Of a DNA stretch of 64,000 nt, positions 54,343-62,539 are shown piece after piece; positions within the stretch are counted from its first letter, which is position 1; every line of letters begins with the position of its first letter. The notes below the pieces were generated by a model. That model was not told where the DNA came from, searched no databases, and worked only from the letters and a program-made list of their open reading frames with translations. Both the position numbers and the translations under genes were made by a program. Origin of the DNA: Prasinococcaceae sp. CCMP 1430 (lineage: Eukaryota; Plantae; Prasinodermophyta); contig RQSC01000017.1 in NCBI GenBank assembly GCA_013416795.1, positions 41,576 through 105,575 on the forward strand, in the 5' to 3' direction.

Positions 54343-55338
54343 TCACACGAGCAACTCGAGGAAGACCGTCGCGTTCCAGAGCGAGTGGAGCAACACGCAG
54401 CTCGCGAGGTTGCGCGTGCGCACGAAGATGGCGCCCAGGCCGATGCCAAGGAATGTCAGCGGCAGCAAGCGCGCTGCCGAGAAGTGCGCGCCGGCAAACA
54501 GCACCCCAGCCACCAGCACGGCCGCCGAGGTCGGCATGAAGCCCGTGAGACTCGCCAGAAGGAAGCCACGGAAGAGGCACTCCTCCCACACGGGCGCGCA
54601 GACTGACACCACGCCCACGTAGAGCGCGTTCGCAAACGTGTCGCGCGATGCGAGCGGTGCCTCGAGACCGGCAGCCTGCGCGCCGGCAGCTGCGCCCCAC
54701 GCCGCGTCGTACGGAAGCAGGTCCTGATTGAGCCGGCTGAGGAAGCTCACGAACGGGAAGAGCGCCACGCACACGAGTGCCTCGGACGCCCACGCGCCGC
54801 GCAAGCGCCATGGAAACCACCCGCTCGGCAGCGGCCGGAACTGGCGCAGCTTCAGCGCCAGGATGCCCAAGCCTGCGAGCATCTCTGCCACGTCGGTCGC
54901 CAGCGAGTACAGCGCCTGCCCGCGCATGCCGAGGTCGGCGCGATTCGCACCGCACAATCCTGCGAGCCACGGCATCAGCTGCGAGCCGACGAGCCAGAAG
55001 GTGATCTGCCACAGCACCATGATCTGGAAGACGGTCTTGGCGTCCCAGGTGACCTTCCACGGCGCCGTGTTGCCCCCGCACGCCCACGAGATGGCGCGGT
55101 CGTAGCATCGCCACGCCGGCCGCAGCGGCCTGAGCGGCGCGGGCCAATCGCTCGCGCTCGCTGCGGCCGCCGCCGCGCTGGCCGCGTCGCCAGCCTCGCC
55201 ACCCACATCAGCCGCAGCGGGTTGTGTTTTCGGCCTTGCCCTCTCAGACCCCGCCCCGCCATCGCCCGCGTCGCTCTGACCCCGCCCGCGCGCCCCACCC
55301 TCACCGCCCGCGCCGCGCGCCGCCGCCGCCCGGCGCAA
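54343..55338 (-). CDS. CPBP (CAAX protease-like) intramembrane glutamic endopeptidase; N-terminus in gap
   Basis: APVWEECLFRGFLL, LFAGAHF, LLHSLWN motifs; PWK..W..VM.LW pattern of the plastid homologues. Confidence 0.9.
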   Translation of the reverse strand: MRRAAAARGAGGEGGARGRGQSDAGDGGAGSERARPKTQPAAADVGGEAGDAASAAAAAASASDWPAPLRPLRPAWRCYDRAISWACGGNTAPWKVTWDAKTVFQIMVLWQITFWLVGSQLMPWLAGLCGANRADLGMRGQALYSLATDVAEMLAGLGILALKLRQFRPLPSGWFPWRLRGAWASEALVCVALFPFVSFLSRLNQDLLPYDAAWGAAAGAQAAGLEAPLASRDTFANALYVGVVSVCAPVWEECLFRGFLLASLTGFMPTSAAVLVAGVLFAGAHFSAARLLPLTFLGIGLGAIFVRTRNLASCVLLHSLWNATVFLELLV

Positions 55339-55894
55339 NNNNNNNNNNNNNNNNNNNNNNNNNNNNNNNNNNNNNNNNNNNNNNNNNNNNNNNNNNNNNN
55401 NNNNNNNNNNNNNNNNNNNNNNNNNNNNNNNNNNNNNNNNNNNNNNNNNNNNNNNNNNNNNNNNNNNNNNNNNNNNNNNNNNNNNNNNNNNNNNNNNNNN
55501 NNNNNNNNNNNNNNNNNNNNNNNNNNNNNNNNNNNNNNNNNNNNNNNNNNNNNNNNNNNNNNNNNNNNNNNNNNNNNNNNNNNNNNNNNNNNNNNNNNNN
55601 NNNNNNNNNNNNNNNNNNNNNNNNNNNNNNNNNNNNNNNNNNNNNNNNNNNNNNNNNNNNNNNNNNNNNNNNNNNNNNNNNNNNNNNNNNNNNNNNNNNN
55701 NNNNNNNNNNNNNNNNNNNNNNNNNNNNNNNNNNNNNNNNNNNNNNNNNNNNNNNNNNNNNNNNNNNNNNNNNNNNNNNNNNNNNNNNNNNNNNNNNNNN
55801 NNNNNNNNNNNNNNNNNNNNNNNNNNNNNNNNNNNNNNNNNNNNNNNNNNNNNNNNNNNNNNNNNNNNNNNNNNNNNNNNNNNNNNNNNNNNNN
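55339..55894. other. Assembly gap (N run)
   Basis: Run of n. Confidence 1.
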
Positions 55895-55972
55895 GGCCTG
55901 GCGGCGTGCGGGCCGCGTGGCGCGTGGCTGTTGGGAGCGGGCGGCGCGCGAGGCGGCCGCGGCGCGGCGGCC

Positions 55973-56988
55973 ATGGGACCGAAAGGGCTTCATGACTTCG
56001 AGGGCATGCTCACGTTCTACTACAGCTACCACATGGACCAGCTCAACCAAGTCATCCACATGGTCTTCATCCCAGCCATCCTGTGGACCGCGCTCATCTG
56101 GCTGTGCTACACCCCGCCGGTGTGTGCGCGTCGCGCGCGCGGTACCCCGCGCCCGAGGGTGCAACTGGGCAGACGGCACGACGCACGCTCGCAGCCCTCT
56201 CCCATCCTCCCGCTCGCGCTGCCGCACGCTCGCGCGCCTGCGTGCTCACCTTCGCGTAGGGAGACAAGACCATAGAGCTGACGCTGGCGCGAATCTCACC
56301 GCACTCTCCGTCCTACCTTTTCTCATATGCACGTGCATGCGCGCCCACGCGCGGGGCGCTCGTCGCTCGAGTGCCCAGCTTCTCGAGTCGCCGGCCGACC
56401 TGGAGATTAACGGCCACCCGCTCGTGAGCCTCAATGGCGCCTTCGTTGTCATCGTATCGTACTGCATGTACTACATCTACCTCGATAGGCCATTCGGACT
56501 GGCGTGGACGGTCATCGCCGCTCCGACGCTGTACTTGTTCGCGAATGCGTTCTTCGCAGCGGTGGGGCGTGAGCTCGCTTGGAAGTACGCCGTCGCCATC
56601 CACATTTCCAGCTGGGCCGCGCAGGTGAGGCGGCGCGTTCGCCGCGGCGACCAGAACGCGTCGAGCTCCGGAACTGTTCCTGCTATGGCCCGCCGCGCGC
56701 CTGCCGCGACAACGCGCGCTGACACCCACGCGTGCGCGCGGGCGCCCGCAGGGCATTGGGCAGGGCCTCTTCGAGAAGCGCGCGCCGGAGCTCCTTCAGA
56801 GCATCGTCCAGTCGTTCCTGGTTGCCCCGCTCTTCGCCTTCATGGAGATTGCTTTCGCCGGCGGATACCGCCGCTCGCTACAGAAGCGCGTGCACGCGCG
56901 CGCGATGCGAGAGAGGGGCATCCTAAATGGCAGGCTCTCGCCGAAAAGCTCGCCACCTGCGTCGCCCGCTCGGACTCGAAGAAGATAG
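55973..56988 (+). CDS. Mpo1-like / DUF962 membrane protein (exons 55973-56119, 56379-56624, 56751-56988)
   Basis: FYYSYH..LNQVIHMVFIP, YYIYLD, SWAAQ|GIGQGLFEKRAPELL..SFLVAPLF.FME...GYR. Confidence 0.85.
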
Positions 56989-57250
56989 GAGCACGGGAGG
57001 AGGCTGCCTGGAGGTTTGGAGCGGAGTAGGGTGGGAGAGAGCAGAGCGAAAGCAGTATGCGCGCGCCTCGAAGCAGGCGAAGGCACGAGAGCCTTTTTTG
57101 TTACTTTGCTGATTTCGCACAACAGCGCAGCCCGCTCTGGGGCGCGCGTGCAGCGGGGTGCTCAGCCCGGGTGGTGGCGCGGTGCATGGCGGTGGCGGTC
57201 CAGATCTGTACGGCGTCGCACGCATGGCTACGCACTCGTCCTTGCTCTTG

Positions 57251-58270
57251 TTAGACCTTGGCCGGGCCACCCGTGAGTAGCGCATGGGCCTCAACAAAGT
57301 CTGCGTTCGCCTCGAGCAGCGCTTGGACCGCGCCGCGCCTGCCCACACCTGTTGCGCGGCACAGCGTGTCAACCCATTCGCACACCTGCGAACGGCGTGC
57401 GTCTGACATGGGCGGGAGCTCTGGCGCCGGTGGGCTCGTGTCCGCGGCAAGTCTCGCGGCCGCGACGAGGGCAGCCGTCGGCACCTCGCTGCCGCCGGCG
57501 CCCGATTTGGCCTTCTTCGCAGGCGGCGGGTTGACAGGAGGCGCCTTGGTATCGGGCGGCGCCTCATTTGCACGCCGGGCGGAGGATTTCGTCTTCGTGC
57601 CTCGCGCCACGATCGCGCGCGCCGTTGCGGCGGGGAGGGGCTCCTCGGTGGCGTCGGCGTCTGCGGGCTGCCAGCCGTTCCGCACCTCCTCCGCGATGAA
57701 CTTGTTGCGCAGCATGTTGCACCATCGCTGCCGAAGGCTGTTCGCAGAGCGCGGCGCGCACACGCCCTCGCTCTCCGCGGCCTTCCAGATGTGCATGGAA
57801 GACGCCATGTTGCGACCGGAGACGAGGTCGTCCTTTGACATCTTGGAAACCAGCCACGAGATGATGGTCGTGTCCTCGATCTCGGTGTAGAACTCCTTGG
57901 TCACCTTCTTCCCTTTGTTGCCCGATGCAGGTTTGTCCTTCTTGTCAAGCTCGCGCGCGAGCTGTTTGATCTCCTTGCGCTCCTTGGCAGCGAGCGCGGC
58001 CGCTGCCTGCTCGTCGGAAAACGCCTTTGGCGGTCGCACGTCGCGCCGCTTGCGCGCCGAGGCCGGCGAGGACGACGCAGCGGGACGGGGCTTCCCCGAC
58101 TTCTTCGGCGAGGGGGCTGTGTTCTGTGTGGGAGGATGCGCGGCGTTCTGCTGGGCGTCGTTCGCGGGCGCACCGCTGCCCGCCTGAAGCTGCGGCTGCG
58201 CGGAGCCGCCGGCGCCTGTACCCGCATCGCCGCCGCTGAGGGCTTCGACCTCCATCTGCTCGGTCGGCAT
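57251..58270 (-). CDS. Single Myb/SANT-domain protein with C-terminal three-helix UBA/RCT-like domain (Rap1/TERF2IP-like)
   Basis: FYTEIEDTTIISWL..IWKAAESEG..RSANSLRQRWCNML; C-terminal VCEWVDTLCRATGVGRRGAVQALLEANADFVEAHALL. Confidence 0.55.
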   Translation of the reverse strand: MPTEQMEVEALSGGDAGTGAGGSAQPQLQAGSGAPANDAQQNAAHPPTQNTAPSPKKSGKPRPAASSSPASARKRRDVRPPKAFSDEQAAAALAAKERKEIKQLARELDKKDKPASGNKGKKVTKEFYTEIEDTTIISWLVSKMSKDDLVSGRNMASSMHIWKAAESEGVCAPRSANSLRQRWCNMLRNKFIAEEVRNGWQPADADATEEPLPAATARAIVARGTKTKSSARRANEAPPDTKAPPVNPPPAKKAKSGAGGSEVPTAALVAAARLAADTSPPAPELPPMSDARRSQVCEWVDTLCRATGVGRRGAVQALLEANADFVEAHALLTGGPAKV

Positions 58271-58427
58271 CGCAGACTGCCTAGCCTCGGCGCGGCACGT
58301 TGTCCGAGTGGCAGCGACGAATCGCCACCAAGTCTCACGAGTGGTCAAGTACGTTACGGGAAACCCTGAGCCCCGAATGGCCCCGATTCATACAGGAAAA
58401 CAGTGCTGAGCGATCTGATCAACAGAC

Positions 58428-58442
58428 TACCCTAACCCTAAC
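58428..58442. promoter_or_regulatory. Telomere-type repeat (CCCTAA)2 / telo-box-like element upstream of the Myb gene
   Basis: taccctaaccctaac. The same TAACCCTA octamer occurs at 4634-4641 (reverse) and 28576-28583. Confidence 0.45.
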
Positions 58443-58688
58443 AAGCCCGATTGACCCTCGCCCCACCGGCGGTGGACCGGTGCTCTGCGGTCTGCAACGT
58501 GCAAACTCTGCACTGCCCACACGCTCCGTCTCTCACTCCAGGGCGTCAGCAGCTTAGCGCTCTCATGCTGGCGGCGGTGCACCTAGCTAGGCATCGAGCG
58601 AGGGGACGAGGGAGCGCCTGCGCATGCACCACACGCAATTGCGCGCGGCGTGCGACCGCGTGCGGAGCTTGTCTCTGTTGGGTGTGGT

Positions 58689-58705
58689 GGTGTTTTTGAA
58701 ACACC
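58689..58705 (-). terminator. Histone mRNA 3' stem-loop downstream of H2A.X
   Basis: Minus strand AAAAACT-GGTGTTT-CAA-AAACACC-ACCAC: perfect 7-bp stem with A-rich 5' and ACCA 3' flanks, about 70 nt after the stop. Confidence 0.8.
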
Positions 58706-58773
58706 AGTTTTTGTAGTGTGAGGTTGGTGGCTTGCGCCGACGTGCGACGCTTGAGGTGCACCCGATCGAGCAC

Positions 58774-59163
58774 TTAGAACTCCTGCGAGGCCGAGCCCGA
58801 GGACTTGCCGCCCTTCTTCTTGGGCAGGAGCACGGAGTGGATGTTGGGCAGCACGCCGCCGGACGCGATGGTCACCGTGCCGAGCAGCTTGGAGAGCTCC
58901 TCGTCGTTGCGGATGGCGAGCTGGATGTGGCGCGGCACAATGCGCGACTTCTTGTTGTCGCGGCTGGCGTTGCCCGCAAGCTCGAGCACCTCCGCAGCGA
59001 GGTACTCAAGCACGGCCGCCAGGTACACGGGCGCGCCCGCGCCGAGGCGCGAGGCGTACTTGCCGTTCTTGAGGTAGCGCGCAATGCGGCCCACCGGGAA
59101 CTGGAGGCCCGCCTTGGCGGAGCGGGACACCGCCTTGGACTTGGTCTTGCCACGGCCGGCCAT
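58774..59163 (-). CDS. H2AX: Histone H2A.X (intronless)
   Basis: [50 protein letters not shown] with C-terminal SQEF phosphorylation motif. Confidence 0.97.
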   Translation of the reverse strand: MAGRGKTKSKAVSRSAKAGLQFPVGRIARYLKNGKYASRLGAGAPVYLAAVLEYLAAEVLELAGNASRDNKKSRIVPRHIQLAIRNDEELSKLLGTVTIASGGVLPNIHSVLLPKKKGGKSSGSASQEF

Positions 59164-59233
59164 GATGAGAGTAGGGTGGGTGCTGTGTCGGTGCTGGGAG
59201 TGCACGGTGTGGCACGGCCCCGCGCACTTCTCC

Positions 59234-59241
59234 CTTTTATA
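59234..59241 (-). promoter_or_regulatory. TATA box of H2A.X
   Basis: TATAAAAG on the minus strand about 70 nt upstream of the ATG, in a GC-rich background. Confidence 0.75.
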
Positions 59242-59281
59242 TCGGCGCGCGCGGCCGCCCCGCTCCGCACGCGCACGCGCC

Positions 59282-59504
59282 GGATCGCCTCCAAAAGGGG
59301 GAGCCCCCCGCGCGCAAGGTAAAATCCCTATCAAACCCTTGGCCATCGCGGCCGGCCGTTAGGACGCCGGTCGCCCGGGCGATCCGTATCAAAATCGGTG
59401 CGCGCGCGCGGGCCCTCCCCCTTTTCACCGCGATCCGGCGCTGCGCAAAGGCGATCTCAGGTCAAGCGTGGCCGGGATCGGTGAGTGCATTTTGTTATGG
59501 ATCG
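59282..59504. promoter_or_regulatory. Five CGATCC copies in the H2A.X/H2B bidirectional promoter (resembles plant histone Oct core CGATCCGCG)
   Basis: GGATCG at 59282, 59475, 59499; CGATCC at 59380, 59431. Confidence 0.5.
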
Positions 59505-59821
59505 CGCGCGCGCGCTCGGAGCGAGCACAGCGCACGGGCGCACGCGCGCGCTGCAGCGCGGGATTCTACGGTGCGTGGTTTCTCAAAATATCAACACTAC
59601 GTATGTCTTATGAATATTTAGCGTACTAAATAGCGTTTCAAAATCTTTGCGCGTGTTCACTACGCGCGCGCTCGAAATGCGCGGGCGTGGAAATGCGGCC
59701 CACCTTTTCCCTCCCAGCTGTGGCGCGCAGCGCACAGTGGCGCGCTGCGGCCGCAGGCGGAGCGCGCGCTTCGCGTGCCACACCGTGCACACTCCGCACA
59801 CACCCACACCCAACACTCACC

Positions 59822-60172
59822 ATGGCTCCCAAGAAGGCTGACAAGAAGCCCGCCAAGAAGACCGTCAAGGGCGGCGCCAAGAAGGCGAAGAAGCCGACGG
59901 AGTCGTACAAGATCTACATCTACAAGGTGCTCAAGCAGGTGCACCCCGACACCGGCATCTCGTCCAAGGCCATGTCGATCATGAACTCGTTCATCAACGA
60001 CATCTTCGAGAAGATCGCCACCGAGGCGTCCAAGCTCGCGGTCTACAACAAGAAGCCCACCATCACCTCGCGCGAGATCCAGACCGCCGTGCGCCTCATC
60101 CTCCCGGGTGAGCTCGCCAAGCACGCCGTGTCGGAGGGCACCAAGGCCGTCACCAAGTTCACCTCGGCCTAA
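59822..60172 (+). CDS. H2B: Histone H2B (intronless), divergent from H2A.X
   Basis: [79 protein letters not shown]. Confidence 0.98.
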   Translation: MAPKKADKKPAKKTVKGGAKKAKKPTESYKIYIYKVLKQVHPDTGISSKAMSIMNSFINDIFEKIATEASKLAVYNKKPTITSREIQTAVRLILPGELAKHAVSEGTKAVTKFTSA

Positions 60173-60177
60173 GCGCC

Positions 60178-60335
60178 NNNNNNNNNNNNNNNNNNNNNNN
60201 NNNNNNNNNNNNNNNNNNNNNNNNNNNNNNNNNNNNNNNNNNNNNNNNNNNNNNNNNNNNNNNNNNNNNNNNNNNNNNNNNNNNNNNNNNNNNNNNNNNN
60301 NNNNNNNNNNNNNNNNNNNNNNNNNNNNNNNNNNN
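60178..60335. other. Assembly gap (N run)
   Basis: Run of n. Confidence 1.
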
Positions 60336-61259
60336 GGCAGAGCTCAAAGCGGACCGACCAATACAACAGCACGCAGCGCCGCGCGCCCCTCCTCCTATCC
60401 GCCGCTCTAGCAGCCTGCCGGAGAGGCCGCACCGCGCACTGCACGTTCGGCCCCGCTCAGACGACGGCGGCGCCCAGGATTCGCGTAGACGACGAGATGG
60501 CACGGGGGGGGGCGAGCTGGAGGGGGGTGGTCGAAATGGCGTGGGATCACAGTAGCCGTCGCGGCGGTAGCAGCAGCCAACAGCAGCAGCGCACCTGTGA
60601 GCGCTTCCTCGAAGTCGCGTCGCCGGTCGTTCCTTGGACCGAAGAGCAACACGTCGCACGCGTAGCCTGCAGCGGGCGCCGCCGCTGCGCAGCCACGCAC
60701 AGTCGCGCGGTCTGTGGACGCCCAGAGCGGCACGACGCTCACGTGCGGCAGCGCGCTGCCTGCCAAAGAGTGATATGGACATTGGCAAGGGCCACATCGA
60801 GGCCGTGCGCCGCAGTTGATGTCAGCGGCAGCCCGGACGCAGGCCCCGCGCGCGGGCGCGGAGGTGGGAGGCAATGGGCTGGCACTCGCACGCACCGTGT
60901 GTCTCGCGCAGCGCAAGCGCGTTTGCTGCCGAGAAGTCCCATACAGCGGCGGCGCCCTGAAGCGCGTCGGGCTCTCGTCCCTCCCACGCGGGCGAGCCTG
61001 GCACCTCCATCTGTACCACCACGTACGGCGTCGGCGGCTCCGGCGGCCGCGCATCGCTGCCCGCGCCCATGAAGACTATGTGGTGGCCACGGGCGGCGTC
61101 GCGGCTCGCGCACCGAGCGATCGAGCGCCGCAGCGCCGCGGCGTTGGCCGCGAAAACGCGCCGGCGCCGCGCACGACCGGGGGCGCGCGGGCTGTGCCGC
61201 CGCCCTCCGCCTCCATCGCTCCGCCCCCGCCGCCAGTCCACGCCGCAACGCCCTCGCAC
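60336..61259 (-). CDS. Putative glycosyltransferase-like protein, multi-exon, runs into gap
   Basis: YVVVQMEVPGSPAW..AAAVWDFSAANALAL | HVSVVPLW..CDVLLFGPRNDRRRDF. Splice sites near 60893/60782 and 60599/60413. Start unresolved. Confidence 0.45.
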
Positions 61260-61454
61260 ACCGCCCGCTCTGGCACCCGTTTCGCGCCCTCCGCCCTCTC
61301 CCTGCGGCGCGGCTTGCTGCTATGAGTCGCTGAAAGACCGATTCACAAGCGGATGTGTGGTGGCGTTCACCGGTTCGACCGGATCGCGCGGGTGCCGCCC
61401 CCACCGGGGTCACAGGGCGCACGCGCCGCAGCCGGCGACCGCGTGCCCGCCAAG

Positions 61455-62489
61455 ATGGCGGCGCTCGGGCGAGGAGCGGCGCTATCGCCTTCCCTCTCAA
61501 GGGGTGCGGGTGCCGCACGGCGGGCTCGGCGGGCGCCTCGGGCAGCGCGCCGCTGCGCGATGGCGCTCCGCGGCGGTGGCGGCGATGGTGGGGTGCGCGA
61601 GCTTGTGGAGAAGGCAGCAGGCGAGGCCGTCGAGAGCGTGCAGCGTGTGGGATCGTCCGGCTGGTCCAGCCAGGCCACATACGCGCTCGAGTCGGGCCGT
61701 CGGCTCTTCGTGAAGACGAGTGGTGAGTCTGCGGACGGCATGTTCGCCGGCGAGGCCGCGTCGCTGCGGGCGATGCGCCACGCCGCGCTGCAGGCGCCCG
61801 ATGGGGCACCCGCGCTCGTCATCCCGGACGTGCTGCACTATGGCCCGACGCTGGACGCCGAGGGGATGCCCGCCCTGCGCGGCTCGTTGATCGTGATGGA
61901 CCACCTCAACCTCGGCGCGCGCGGCTCGCAGGGCGAGCTCGGCGAGGCGCTCGCGCGCATGCACGCCGCAGAGCCGCTCGCGCCCGAGGCCGCCGCGGGG
62001 CAGTATGGCTTCCCCATGGACAACACCATCGGCGGCACGCCGCAGCCGAATGGCTGGATGGACGACTGGGTTGCTTTCTTTGCAGAGCGGCGCCTGCGTC
62101 ACCAGTGCCGCCTCGCACGCGACCCGGAGCTCTCCAAGCTGGGCGACCTGGTTGCGAAACGCCTGCCGGAGCTCATGGAGGGAGCCGAACTCCGACCGGC
62201 CACACTTCACGGGGACCTGTGGTCGGGCAACATCGGCGGCGTTGGCGGCAGCCCGAGCGTGTTTGACCCCGCCACGTACTACGGCCACGCAGAGGCCGAG
62301 TTTGGCATGAGCTGGTGCGCCGGCTTCGGGCCGGACTTTTACGCGGGCTACTTCGGCGTGCTGCCAAAGCAGCCAGGGCACGACCAGCGGGCGACACTCT
62401 ACGAAGCATACCACTACCTCAACCACTTCAACCTCTTTGGCGGCTCATACTACTCGGGCGCTGTCGACAGGCTGCGCCGCCTCGCCTAG
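61455..62489 (+). CDS. Fructosamine/ketosamine-3-kinase (protein-ribulosamine 3-kinase), plastid transit peptide
   Basis: LFVKT..MFAGEAASL, ELGEALARMH, YGFPMDNTIGGTPQPN.W..DWVAFF..RL, LHGDLWSGN, FDPATYYGHAEAEFGM, LYEAYHYLNHFNLFG..Y. Confidence 0.95.
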   Translation: MAALGRGAALSPSLSRGAGAARRARRAPRAARRCAMALRGGGGDGGVRELVEKAAGEAVESVQRVGSSGWSSQATYALESGRRLFVKTSGESADGMFAGEAASLRAMRHAALQAPDGAPALVIPDVLHYGPTLDAEGMPALRGSLIVMDHLNLGARGSQGELGEALARMHAAEPLAPEAAAGQYGFPMDNTIGGTPQPNGWMDDWVAFFAERRLRHQCRLARDPELSKLGDLVAKRLPELMEGAELRPATLHGDLWSGNIGGVGGSPSVFDPATYYGHAEAEFGMSWCAGFGPDFYAGYFGVLPKQPGHDQRATLYEAYHYLNHFNLFGGSYYSGAVDRLRRLA

Positions 62490-62539
62490 TATTGTACACT
62501 TTCTTACAGCGCACGCACGGCATTCACGCGCAGTGTCGC

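Noticed and set aside
54343-55338. CPBP/Abi protein as an anti-phage abortive-infection system
   Set aside because: The family is common in plant and algal plastid proteomes; there is no defence-island context.
54343-57029. ORFs spanning the 556-nt N run
   Set aside because: Artefacts of translating n; CPBP (-) and Mpo1-like (+) are separate divergent genes.
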